64,000 bases of DNA from Myxococcota bacterium (GCA_039028615.1 JBCCHT010000003.1:32001-96000); one strand, 5' to 3'. Counted from the stretch's first letter, positions 13,206 to 22,342 are shown. Translations and numbers: made by a program. Notes: generated by a model from the letters alone, not told the origin.

Positions 13206-13889
13206 ATGACCCAACCCGTCTGTGTCGTCGTGGGCATCGGCCCTGGAAATGGAAGCGCCTTCGCTCGTCGGTTCGCGGCCGAGGGCTACGCCGTCGCCCT
13301 GCTGTCGAGGAAGACCGACTTTTCCTCGAAGCTCGCGGCCGAGCTACCCGGGGCCAAGGCCTACGCTTGCGACGTGACCGATGCCGCTGCCGTCGAGTCG
13401 GCGTTCGCGGCCGTCCGCGAGGACCTGGGCGAGGTGGACGTGCTCGTCTACAACGCGGGCTCCGGGGTGTGGGGCAACATCGAAGAGCTGAGCCCCGACG
13501 ACTTCGAACGCTCCTGGCGGATCAACGCCATGGGAGGTTTCCTCGTTTCCAAGCAGGTCATCGCGTCGATGAAGGAGCGCGGCCAGGGCTCGATCATCTT
13601 CGTCGGGGCCACTGCGTCGCTGCGCGGCAAGCCCTTCACCACCGCGTTTGCCCCGGCCAAGGCGGCTCAGCGCAGCCTGGCGCAGGCCATGGCCCGACAC
13701 CTGTGGCCGGCGGGGGTGCACGTCTCGCTCATCATCGTCGATGGCGGGGTCAAGCCTCCCAGCCCCGACGGTCCGCCCGAGACGCTCGATCCGGCCGACA
13801 TCGCCGAGGCGGCGTTCTTCCTGTCCCGTCAGCCGCGCTCGGCCTGGACCTTCGAACTCGACGTCCGGCCCTCGCAGGAAAACTGGTAG
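13206..13889 (+). CDS. Short-chain dehydrogenase/reductase
   Basis: VGIGPGNG Rossmann motif, YNAG, GATASLRG, FAPAK. Confidence 0.88.
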   Translation: MTQPVCVVVGIGPGNGSAFARRFAAEGYAVALLSRKTDFSSKLAAELPGAKAYACDVTDAAAVESAFAAVREDLGEVDVLVYNAGSGVWGNIEELSPDDFERSWRINAMGGFLVSKQVIASMKERGQGSIIFVGATASLRGKPFTTAFAPAKAAQRSLAQAMARHLWPAGVHVSLIIVDGGVKPPSPDGPPETLDPADIAEAAFFLSRQPRSAWTFELDVRPSQENW

Positions 13890-13899
13890 GGGCCGCGGC

Positions 13900-14544
13900 T
13901 CACTCGTACTGGCGGTCGATGTACAGGCCGGCCGCCGGGGTGAAGCCCTCTTCGTCGAGCGTGCCCGAGCGCTCGTAGGTGGAGTACACCCCGTCGTCGT
14001 CGAGGTCGGCGAAGGCCTGGGCCGTGAACTCGCACTTGCCGTAGCCCTCGGGGTCGTTCTTCCACTTGAAGTTGTAGTGGAAGCGGTGCTCGCCCTCGAT
14101 GAGGAAGTTGAGCTGCTGCCACACGCGGTCGTCGGCCCACAGCTTGGCGTCGTAGCCACCGGGGCCGCTGCCGCCGGAGTTGCAGTTGCCCTTGGAGCCC
14201 TCGTTGCAGTTGACCGACAGCGGCGGCGTGACGGTGCCCGAACCCTCGGGCGTGCCGTCGGAGGGGCAGCGGTGAGCGAGGACCTCGGTGGCGCCGCGTT
14301 CGACGTGATCGGCCATGAAGTAGGCGGCGGCCGAGTCCGAGAGCTTGGCGAGCTGGACCTGGGCCTCGCTGGCCTTCGACTTTCGGATATAGATCTCGGC
14401 GGCGCTCAGCGTCTCCTCTTCGGCCGCCTTGCCGTCGGACTTCGAAGCGGCGGGCTTGCTCGGCTCTTCCTTTTTGTCGTCGCACGCGGGTGCGAACGCG
14501 GTGACGCAGAGCAGGGCGATGACGGTGAGGCGAGGGCGAGGCAC
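13900..14544 (-). CDS. Lipoprotein with type IV pilin-like globular domain
   Basis: FAPAC lipobox, then YIRKSKASEAQVQL and C-terminal FTAQAFADLDDDGVYSTYERSG, recalling myxobacterial PilA heads; no GFTLIE motif. Confidence 0.7.
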   Translation of the reverse strand: MPRPRLTVIALLCVTAFAPACDDKKEEPSKPAASKSDGKAAEEETLSAAEIYIRKSKASEAQVQLAKLSDSAAAYFMADHVERGATEVLAHRCPSDGTPEGSGTVTPPLSVNCNEGSKGNCNSGGSGPGGYDAKLWADDRVWQQLNFLIEGEHRFHYNFKWKNDPEGYGKCEFTAQAFADLDDDGVYSTYERSGTLDEEGFTPAAGLYIDRQYE

Positions 14545-14588
14545 GGCACCTCGACCCTACCGCATCGGCCGGGGCTCGGGTCCGCGGC

Positions 14589-15245
14589 TCAGCTCGACTT
14601 GGAGCTCGAACTCGAATTCGAGCGATCCACTTGCTGGCGAAGCTGACGGGCCCAGTCCTCGAGCTGGGTCACGGTGACGCCCCAGTGATCGGGGTTGGCC
14701 TGCAGGTGAGCGACGGCCTCGGCCAGGCGGTCGCGGCCGCGGCGGAGCCGGGTGTGCACGGTGGCGGTGGGCAGGTCGAGCAGCTCGCCGATCTGTCGCC
14801 CGCGCATGCCCTCGAACAGCGACAGCTCCAAGACGATCTGGTAGGTCAGCGGCAACGAGCGCAGGGCGTGCACCATGAGGTGGGCCTGCTCCTCGGGTTC
14901 CATGCCCGAGCTGTGCACGGGAAAGTGCCCCAGGTCGGCGACGCAGCACTGCTCGAAGTCTTCGCGCTCGAGCGAGCGCTTGGTCTGGCGCTGGTAGTGA
15001 CGCCGCAGCTGGTTGAACGCGGTGGCAAACAAGTAGCTGCGGAAGCTCTTCGAGTTGCGGATCTTCTTCATGCCCCGCGTGCACGCGAGCAGGGTCTCCG
15101 CCACGAGGTCACCGACGTCTTGCTGGTCGGAGACCTTGTTGTTGAAAAAGCGCGTCAGCAGGCCGAGGTAGCGCTTCATCAGCTTCGCACCAGCGTCCGA
15201 CTCACCTCGCTGCCACCGCTCGAGCAGCTCCCAGTCGGGGGGCAT
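14589..15245 (-). CDS. ECF sigma-70 factor
   Basis: DWELLERWQRG...FFNNKV...DLVAETL...SFRSYLFATAFN (sigma2) and IGELLDLPTATVHTRLRRGR (sigma4). Confidence 0.9.
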   Translation of the reverse strand: MPPDWELLERWQRGESDAGAKLMKRYLGLLTRFFNNKVSDQQDVGDLVAETLLACTRGMKKIRNSKSFRSYLFATAFNQLRRHYQRQTKRSLEREDFEQCCVADLGHFPVHSSGMEPEEQAHLMVHALRSLPLTYQIVLELSLFEGMRGRQIGELLDLPTATVHTRLRRGRDRLAEAVAHLQANPDHWGVTVTQLEDWARQLRQQVDRSNSSSSSKSS

Positions 15246-15676
15246 CGGGCGCGAGGTGTTCGAGTCCTTTTTCCGCTTGCCGCTGGGTTCCAAACAGTCC
15301 ATTCCTTCCCTGCGAGTTGAAATTTGCCGTTGTCTCCCGACCCCGCAAGCCGAGGAGTGATGCGGGGCACCCCCGCGGAGGGGCGGGGACGGCCCTAGTC
15401 AGGCAACGGCAACTGTCGTCAGGTGGACACTCCTGCGGCCGGGCGTTGGCGCCATCGGGCCGTGGTTTCCACTCTACCAGGATTTCGGGGTGGCTAGCGC
15501 CGTAGTCGTGGCGGCGCGCAGCGTCACGTCTCGCGAAGCGCGGGCGCTGGCGTCGTCGTGGGCGTTGCTCGATGTCGACTGAGCGGCTCCCCGTCGATGA
15601 CGCTGCGCATCGTACGCTAGCCGAAAACGCCCCCTGTTTCGGGGGCATCGAGATCCGGCTGCGTCGGGCCGGTCCC

Positions 15677-15904
15677 TCAGGTCACGCGTGGATCGACGCC
15701 CGCCATCGGGTCTCGGTCGAAGCACGCGCGGCCGCGGTTGCAGCACTCGGGGGACGCGAGCTCGTCATCGGGGCCCCAGCTCTGACAGGTCCGCAGGCAA
15801 GAAAACGGAACCTGGCTGCGCACCAAGGACTCCCAGATCTGCTGGGGGTCGCCGCTGTCCTTGGAGAAGGTCTTCCAGCGGAGGTATCGGCACAGTTCCA
15901 TCAT
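15677..15904 (-). CDS. Small Cys-rich hypothetical protein (75 aa), last gene of the molybdoenzyme operon
   Basis: MMELCRYLRWKT...FSCLRTCQSWGPDDELASPECCNRGRACF; ATGA overlap with the FAD subunit stop; GGAAGGA RBS upstream. Confidence 0.75.
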   Translation of the reverse strand: MMELCRYLRWKTFSKDSGDPQQIWESLVRSQVPFSCLRTCQSWGPDDELASPECCNRGRACFDRDPMAGVDPRVT

Positions 15905-16869
15905 TGTCCTTCCTCGGTCGGAGTCGCGTGACGGGCTCGCTCGAGGGTCTCGAGCACGGTGCCTTCGACGAGGTCGACCTTGTACTCGGTCATCGGCAAG
16001 GGCTTGGCGCCGTCGCGTGCGAGCGCGGCGGCGCGGGCCAAGGTCTCGTCGCTGTCCCGGGCACCCACGAGCGCGGCTTCGACCGCGGGCAGCCGCAAGG
16101 GCACGGGGGCCACTCCACCCATGCTCACTCGGGCGAAGCGAATGGTGTCGCCTTCGAGCTGCAGCCGCACCAGCACCTCGACCAGCGGCCACTCGGAGCG
16201 TGCGCGGCTGGTGGTGCGGAAGTACGCGGCCTGCTCGCGCGGCAACGGGGCCGGCAGCTCGACGTGGGTCAGCAGCGCGCCCGGGGGCAGCTGGTGATCG
16301 CGTCGAGGATCGCGGCCGTCACCGTACAGGGCTTCGATGCTGCGGCTCGGATCGCCGTGCGCATGAACCTGGGCCTCATAGGCGAGCAGGGCCATGCCGA
16401 GGGTCGAAGGGTGCACGCTGACGCAGGGGCCACGGTCGAAGCACGCGTGGTAGAGGTGGTCGCCGCCGCGGGCGAGGCAGCGATCGCCCCCGCTCTTGAG
16501 GCAGCGGTGCGTGGGGTTGCGGAAGTACCAGCAGCGGTTGGCCTGCAGCAGGTTGCCGCCGAGCGTGGCCACGGCCCGAATCTGCGGGGTCGCCAGGGCT
16601 CCCGCCGCTGCACACAATCCGGGATAGGCCTGGCGTAGCGGTGCGTCGCGGGCGAGCTGTGCGATGCGTACCGTCGAGCCGATGCGTGCGGCCCCGCCGT
16701 CCCAGTGGATGGTGTCGAGCCCGGTGAGATCGCGAAGATCGAGCAGTGGGCCGGGGGCGAGCCGGAGGCGGCGACGCTCCATGAGGTCGGTGCCGCCGGC
16801 TCGGGTCTGGTGTCCCGCCTCTTCGGACAGCGGCGGGAGCTCGGCCAAGGATCGAGGAAAACGGATCAT
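15901..16869 (-). CDS. Xanthine dehydrogenase family FAD subunit (YagS/PaoB-like, with 4Fe-4S insert)
   Basis: AGGTDL, ATPQIRAVATLGGNL, and Cys insert RCWYFR..CLKSGGDRC..C..HPS; ATGA-coupled to the upstream gene. Confidence 0.9.
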   Translation of the reverse strand: MIRFPRSLAELPPLSEEAGHQTRAGGTDLMERRRLRLAPGPLLDLRDLTGLDTIHWDGGAARIGSTVRIAQLARDAPLRQAYPGLCAAAGALATPQIRAVATLGGNLLQANRCWYFRNPTHRCLKSGGDRCLARGGDHLYHACFDRGPCVSVHPSTLGMALLAYEAQVHAHGDPSRSIEALYGDGRDPRRDHQLPPGALLTHVELPAPLPREQAAYFRTTSRARSEWPLVEVLVRLQLEGDTIRFARVSMGGVAPVPLRLPAVEAALVGARDSDETLARAAALARDGAKPLPMTEYKVDLVEGTVLETLERARHATPTEEGQ

Positions 16870-19691
16870 GCTCGCACCCCCTGGAGTACGCGGTCGGGCC
16901 GGAGGGGAAGTTCGTGGGGACGCCAGCCCATGGCGTCGAAGACCGCGTTGCCGATGGCCGCCGCGGGAGCCAAGGTCACCAGCTCGCCGAGGCCCACGGC
17001 GCGGCCGCGGATCTTCTCGTAGCCCGATTCCTCGAAGTGCACGTGGATGTCTCCGAGGTCGCCGATGCCCATGATGCGGTAGTCCTCGAGCCCGGCGCTG
17101 AGCAGGTAGCCGTGCCGCGGGTCGAGGCGGCGCTCTTCGTAGAGCGCGTAGCTGATGCCCTGGATGATGCCGCCCTGCGCCTGACTGCGGGCCAAGATGG
17201 GGGCCACGATGCGACCCACGCCGAAGCCGGCCCAGGTTCGCAGTACCGCCAGGCGGCCGAGCCGAGTGTCGACCTCGACCTCCACGATCTGGACCGATGC
17301 CGAGACGGCGCGCTCGGGGGCGAGGCCCATCATGGGGGGCAGGAAGTAGCCGCCTTCGTCTCGCTTGCGGCGACCGATGACGCTGATGGTGCGGCTGACG
17401 GCCAGGACCTCGGACCACGGGACGAAGCCGTCGGCGTGCATCACTCCGCCGGTCCCCGCCACCGCGCCCTTCAGGCGAAAGTGTCGGCGAGCGAGGGCGA
17501 CCAGCTCCTCCTTGAGCTGCTCGGCCGCGTGCATGGCCGGAGGGACGACCGAAGAGGTGGTGCGGCTGCCCGCCGACCATGCCCCGTGCACGTAGTTGGA
17601 GTCGCCGAGGCGCACCTCGACCTCGCGCATGCCGATGTCCAGCGACTCGGCCACGGTGCGCGCGATGATGGTGCGGGTGCCGTTACCGATGTCCTGACTA
17701 CCGGTGGTGACCACGATGCCGTCGGGGCCCGCGTCGATCTGGATGCGACTTTTGGGCTCGACGAAGGCGAACCATGCCCCGCAGGCCAGGCCGATCCCGC
17801 GACGGTAGCGACCCCGGTCGGTGCCGGCTGCGGGTCGACCCGTCCACACGGGAAGGGTCTCCGCCCAGTCGTAGAGCTTGTTGCGTGCCGGGTTGGGATC
17901 CCAGCGTCGCCGCATCTTCACCGGGTCTTCGCCGCGGAGGTGGGCCATCTGGTCGACGGCCTGCTCGAGCGCCCAGTAGGCTTGGGGCCCGGCGGGACCG
18001 CGGAAGGGCTTGCCCGCGGGCGCGTGGTTGGTGACGTCGTAGTCGACCAGCTCGCGCGGCGCCTCGGGGTAGATGAGCCGATGCATGATGCCCACCACGC
18101 CGCCCACCGCGACCCCGGAATCGTTGTGGGTGACCGAGCGCAGGGCGGTGAGGTCCCCGCCCTCATCGGTGGCCATGCTCAGCTCGATCTCGGCCGCGGG
18201 GCGGTTGCCGCCGAGCATGATCTCGTAGCGTCGGTCGAGCGCGTACATCACGGGGGCGCCGCAGAGCCGAGCGAGCTCGACGGCCACGACGACCTCGCTG
18301 GTGAGCCCGCCCTTGCCACCCAGGCCGGCCCCTACGTACTGGCTGAGCACGCGGACGTCGTCGCGGCGGAGCTTCCAGCGGGTGGCGATGTCCTCGGCCA
18401 TCATGGTGACCGCCTGCGTGGACATGTGCACGGTGAGCCGCCGCTCGCCGTCCCACTGGGCGACCGCGACGTGGGGCTCGAGCGTGGTGTGGCACTGCAC
18501 CTGGGTGCGGAACGTGCCCTCCACCAGCAGGCCATCGGCGCGCGCCTGCTCGAGGTTCTTCCGCGCGCGGCGGGACTTTTTGGAGAACAGCGACAGGGGC
18601 CCGCGGAGGTTGCCGGCCCAGCCCTCGGGGAGCAGGGGGCCCTCGGAGGAGTTGGGCGGGTGCTTGCGATCGCTGCGCTTGGGATAGACGACCGGAGCGC
18701 CCTTGGCTCGAGCGGCGTCCATGCCGATGGCGCAGGGCTGCACGTCGTAGTCGATGTCGACCAGCTCCAGCGCTCGCTCGGCCGTGCGCTCGTCGACGGC
18801 GGCCAGGGCCATGATCTCCTGCCCCGCGTAGCGAACGCGACGCGAGTCGGTCAGTAGATCGACGGCCCCCTTCACGCCGGGCACGGCGAGGGCGCGAGAC
18901 CAGTCGAGCTTGGTGACGATGGCGTGGGTGAAGGGCGAGTGCAGGGCCTTGGCGATGAGCAAGCCCCCGGGTTGCTCGTCGATGGAGTAGCGCGCCGCCC
19001 CGGTGACCTTCTCTTCGGCGTCGTAGCGGGGGGCCTGCACTTCGGCGTCGAAGCGGCCGGCGCAGGCTCCCTGCACGGCCGCGTAGATCTGCGCATAGGC
19101 GCCGCAGCGACACAGATGCCCGGACAATGCCGCGGCGACCTCGTCGCGCGACGGCTCGCGGGGACCGTGCGCGGCTCTCCAGGCGTCGTGGAAGGCGACG
19201 GCCTCGACGATGAAGCCCGGCGTGCAGTAGCCACACTGCAGGGCGTCCTCGGCCATGAAGGCGCGCTGCACGGGGTGCAAGCGCTCGCCTTCGGCGATGC
19301 CTTCGATGGTGGTGAGCGCTCGCCCTTCGAGTGACGTGGCTGGGAGCAGACACGTGGCGACCGGGGTGCCGTCGACTTGCATCGTGCATGCCCCACAGGC
19401 CCCGTGCCCGCAGCCGAGCTTGCTGCCGATGAGGCCGAGTTCGTTGCGGACTGCGTGCAGGGCCGAGTCGTCGGGATGCACCTCGAGGCGACGCTCCTTG
19501 CCGTTGACCGTCGTCGAGACTTCGACGCGATCGTGCTCGGGTGCAACGGGTGCAACGGGTGCACTGGGGGCCGACTCGGTGGCCAAGCCCTTGGCGCATC
19601 CTGACTCGTTGGTCGTGACCATCGCGGCTCCGGCCGCTCCGATCGAGCTGCGCAGGAACCCACGTCGGGTGGTGGCGGCTTTGTTGCTCAT
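16866..19691 (-). CDS. Tat-exported fused [2Fe-2S] + molybdopterin subunit, aldehyde oxidoreductase/xanthine dehydrogenase family (YagT-YagR fusion)
   Basis: TRRGFL Tat motif; GCGHGACGACT and QCGYCTPG...LCRC Fe-S motifs; KVTGAARY, LEPH, GAGLGGK, PFRGP, AGSRT and GLGE Moco-domain motifs. Confidence 0.92.
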   Translation of the reverse strand: MSNKAATTRRGFLRSSIGAAGAAMVTTNESGCAKGLATESAPSAPVAPVAPEHDRVEVSTTVNGKERRLEVHPDDSALHAVRNELGLIGSKLGCGHGACGACTMQVDGTPVATCLLPATSLEGRALTTIEGIAEGERLHPVQRAFMAEDALQCGYCTPGFIVEAVAFHDAWRAAHGPREPSRDEVAAALSGHLCRCGAYAQIYAAVQGACAGRFDAEVQAPRYDAEEKVTGAARYSIDEQPGGLLIAKALHSPFTHAIVTKLDWSRALAVPGVKGAVDLLTDSRRVRYAGQEIMALAAVDERTAERALELVDIDYDVQPCAIGMDAARAKGAPVVYPKRSDRKHPPNSSEGPLLPEGWAGNLRGPLSLFSKKSRRARKNLEQARADGLLVEGTFRTQVQCHTTLEPHVAVAQWDGERRLTVHMSTQAVTMMAEDIATRWKLRRDDVRVLSQYVGAGLGGKGGLTSEVVVAVELARLCGAPVMYALDRRYEIMLGGNRPAAEIELSMATDEGGDLTALRSVTHNDSGVAVGGVVGIMHRLIYPEAPRELVDYDVTNHAPAGKPFRGPAGPQAYWALEQAVDQMAHLRGEDPVKMRRRWDPNPARNKLYDWAETLPVWTGRPAAGTDRGRYRRGIGLACGAWFAFVEPKSRIQIDAGPDGIVVTTGSQDIGNGTRTIIARTVAESLDIGMREVEVRLGDSNYVHGAWSAGSRTTSSVVPPAMHAAEQLKEELVALARRHFRLKGAVAGTGGVMHADGFVPWSEVLAVSRTISVIGRRKRDEGGYFLPPMMGLAPERAVSASVQIVEVEVDTRLGRLAVLRTWAGFGVGRIVAPILARSQAQGGIIQGISYALYEERRLDPRHGYLLSAGLEDYRIMGIGDLGDIHVHFEESGYEKIRGRAVGLGELVTLAPAAAIGNAVFDAMGWRPHELPLRPDRVLQGVRA

Positions 19692-19703
19692 CCGCTTCTC
19701 GAT

Positions 19704-19747
19704 GTGACTCCGGGTCATTTATTAGGTGACCCGGAGTCACTTGTCAA
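19704..19747 (-). promoter_or_regulatory. Sigma70-like promoter with twin operator (perfect 14-bp inverted repeat)
   Basis: Minus strand reads TTGACA (19747-19742), 17 nt, TAATAAAT. GTGACTCCGGGTCA (19704-19717) and TGACCCGGAGTCAC (19727-19740) are exact reverse complements. Confidence 0.75.
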
Positions 19748-20056
19748 GGGTGTTCCGACGCGTATGGGGTCAAAGAGGACGGATATCGTCCGAATCGTGT
19801 TTCGCGCACGATTCACCGGAGGCCTCGGGTTTTCCCTTGGTCGGCCCGCCGACGATCGCTTCGGTCGCGTCGATTCGCTCCGCGTCGAGTCGACGCAAAA
19901 ACGATCCGCGTTGCTCATGCTCGGCGAAGATCCGGGGTCGATCCCTCGGTCGACGCGAGGGGATCCATCCGCGACGGCACCGGATGACTCCCCTTCAATT
20001 TTGGTCGGAGTCTCCCTCTGGCAGCGACAGTTGCCATCCTCTAGCTTGGACTGTGA

Positions 20057-20551
20057 ATGAGGAGAGCTGGGTTCGCGTTGGTCGTTGCGCTCTTGGGTGT
20101 AGGTTGCGGTGATACGCCGCCGGTCGAAGGGCAGTTGTTCATGAACTCCGGGGTCGATCGACAAATCGAGTACGCGCCAGGTGAGTGCTTCAATGGGGCG
20201 TATCACGGCTTCTTTGGCGTAGAGATGCGCGACGGTAGCGACCGGGTCTTGGAGTTCTTCCGCAACGGACAAGAGCCGAGGATCGCGTTTTATGCCCCGG
20301 GTTTTGCCGCGTTCGAGCTGGGCCCCAGCGACTGCTCGTCGTTCGCGGGCGAGCTTCATCGAGGTGATGAGGTTTGGGGCAACGTGCGGCTCGACTGCGA
20401 GGCGCCCAGCGGTTGGAGTGTCTGGGGAGAGCTGTCGTTTGAAGGCTGCGAACTCCCCGTGGAAGAGGACTGCGACGACGACGATGATTGGGATGACGAC
20501 GACGACGACGACTGGGACTGGGACGACGACGACGACGACAGCTTCTTCTAG
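20057..20551 (+). CDS. Hypothetical lipoprotein with poly-Asp C-terminal tail
   Basis: LGVGC lipobox; ends DCDDDDDWDDDDDDDWDWDDDDDDSFF. Confidence 0.75.
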   Translation: MRRAGFALVVALLGVGCGDTPPVEGQLFMNSGVDRQIEYAPGECFNGAYHGFFGVEMRDGSDRVLEFFRNGQEPRIAFYAPGFAAFELGPSDCSSFAGELHRGDEVWGNVRLDCEAPSGWSVWGELSFEGCELPVEEDCDDDDDWDDDDDDDWDWDDDDDDSFF

Positions 20552-20594
20552 GCCCACGGAGGGTCGCGGGGCGGGGCTGAGGTCCCTGCTCACG

Positions 20595-21101
20595 GTGTGG
20601 ATCGCCGTGTTTGCCTCGCCGTTGATCGTCACCGGTTGCGAGGCGACGGAGGTCGAATCGGAGTACTACGAGGACACCGATTTCCCGAGCACGCCCGAGT
20701 GCGAAGTCGGCTGGGAAGGTTGCCCTTGCACCAGCGGAGGCATTTGCAACGAACCGTTCTTCTGCGCGCCCAACGTCAACATCTGCATCGCCGATACCTG
20801 CCCCGTGGGGACGGAAGCCTGCGCATGCACCCCGAACGGGGCCTGTGACGAAGGCTTGGAGTGCGCATCCGACCTCTGCGTCGACGTGGGCTGCTCGCCC
20901 GGCGCCGAAGGGTGCACGTGCACGGACGGGGGCGGTTGCGATCCGGGACTGTCGTGTCTGTCGGGCCTGTGCGTCGAACCGGCGGACGATTCCGAGGATT
21001 CGGGCGCCGACGAGACCGGCGGCGACGGAAGCGAGAGCGACGGGGGCACCGGGAGCGAGAGCGACGGCGGCAGCGAGGACTCGTCCGGCTCCACCGGTTG
21101 A
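20595..21101 (+). CDS. Cys-rich repeat lipoprotein (start uncertain, 20577-20595)
   Basis: IVTGC lipobox; three CxxGxExCxCx5Cx5Cx4-6C repeats; acidic Ser/Gly tail. Confidence 0.75.
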   Translation: MWIAVFASPLIVTGCEATEVESEYYEDTDFPSTPECEVGWEGCPCTSGGICNEPFFCAPNVNICIADTCPVGTEACACTPNGACDEGLECASDLCVDVGCSPGAEGCTCTDGGGCDPGLSCLSGLCVEPADDSEDSGADETGGDGSESDGGTGSESDGGSEDSSGSTG

Positions 21102-21145
21102 CTCTGGTGGGGGGCCAAGGCCCCGATTGACGGTTTCGAGTCCGA

Positions 21146-22342
21146 GTGTTCACATGGTGTGTGGGCGATTGGTCAGCGGCGGTCGGAGTGCTCGTGGCGG
21201 CAGCGATGGCGGTCGGGTGCGGTACCGCGGCACCCGTCGAGGCCTCCGGCGGATCGAGCAGCACGACGACCGCCACCTCCGACAGCTCGAGCACCGACAC
21301 CGGGCAAGCCTCGAGCGACACCGAGCTTCCCGACGGTAGCGGCACGGCGGGCCCCGAGGTCTGCGATTGCGCCCCGGGGACCGACCTCATCGTGGTGCTC
21401 TCCGACGACGGCGAGCTGTGGACCTACGACCCGATCTCCAACGAGTTCGCGTTGGTGGGCCCCATCGCTTGTGGTGGCTTCGCGCCCTACTCCATGGCCG
21501 TCGACCGCGAGGGGATCGCGTGGGTGCTGTTGCTCGACAACATCCCCCAGGCCACCGTGGCCAAGGGCATGTTCAAGGTCGACATCGCGGACGCGAGCGG
21601 CTGCGAGGCGGTGATCTACGAGGAGGGGCTGTTCGGGGTGTTCGGCATGTCGTTCGCGACCAACGGCCCGCCCGATACCTGTGAGCGGCTCTACGTGCAT
21701 AGCTACAGCGGATCCGGGCCCTTCAGCGAAGGCCCGGATGCCGGCCACCTGGGCGTGCTGACCGACGACGACGTCTTGCAGTCGGTGGGGCCCATCGACT
21801 TCGACGGCGGCGAGCTGGCAGGGTCGGGCGACGGGCGGGTCTACTCGCTGACGGGGGTCGACCCGCTGAAGATCGTCGAGCTCGATCGCGATACGGCCCA
21901 GGTCGTGGACACGCTGCCGCTCGAGGGCTTCTCCAAGACCAACGCGTCGGCCATGGCGTTTTGGGGCGGAGACTTCTACGTGTTCACCGAGTCGGGGGGT
22001 CCCGAGTGTCGGCCCTGCCTGGAGCGCATGTGCACCGATGAGCTCGCGGCGTGCGAGGCCGACCCCGACTGCGCGCCGATCCTCGAGTGCCTGGTGACCT
22101 CGGCCGGCGACGGGCCCGACTGCCAGGGCGACATCGTGGGTCCGGGCGGGCCGCTGCGCGATTGCCTGTTCAACTCGTGCTTGGACCAGTGTGCGGTGGC
22201 CGATGTGGTCTCCCGCGTCACCCACGTGGACTGGGACGACTCGGACGGGGGAGGTAACGCCATCACGGTGGTCCACGATCCGGCCCCGATTCGAATCGTG
22301 GGCGCGGGCTCCTCCACCTGCGCTCCCGTGGCCGTTCCCTGA
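21146..22342 (+). CDS. Myxobacterial-type lipoprotein, probable beta-propeller with Cys-rich insert
   Basis: AVGC lipobox, Ser/Thr linker, SMAVDREGIAWV, ELAGSGDGRVY, AFWGGDFYVFT, RIVGAGSSTCAP. Confidence 0.75.
   Translation: MFTWCVGDWSAAVGVLVAAAMAVGCGTAAPVEASGGSSSTTTATSDSSSTDTGQASSDTELPDGSGTAGPEVCDCAPGTDLIVVLSDDGELWTYDPISNEFALVGPIACGGFAPYSMAVDREGIAWVLLLDNIPQATVAKGMFKVDIADASGCEAVIYEEGLFGVFGMSFATNGPPDTCERLYVHSYSGSGPFSEGPDAGHLGVLTDDDVLQSVGPIDFDGGELAGSGDGRVYSLTGVDPLKIVELDRDTAQVVDTLPLEGFSKTNASAMAFWGGDFYVFTESGGPECRPCLERMCTDELAACEADPDCAPILECLVTSAGDGPDCQGDIVGPGGPLRDCLFNSCLDQCAVADVVSRVTHVDWDDSDGGGNAITVVHDPAPIRIVGAGSSTCAPVAVP

Noticed and set aside
19715..20632. 305-aa minus-strand ORF
   Set aside because: Antisense to the 20057 lipoprotein and overlapping the promoter region; its poly-Val is the mirror of the poly-Asp tract.
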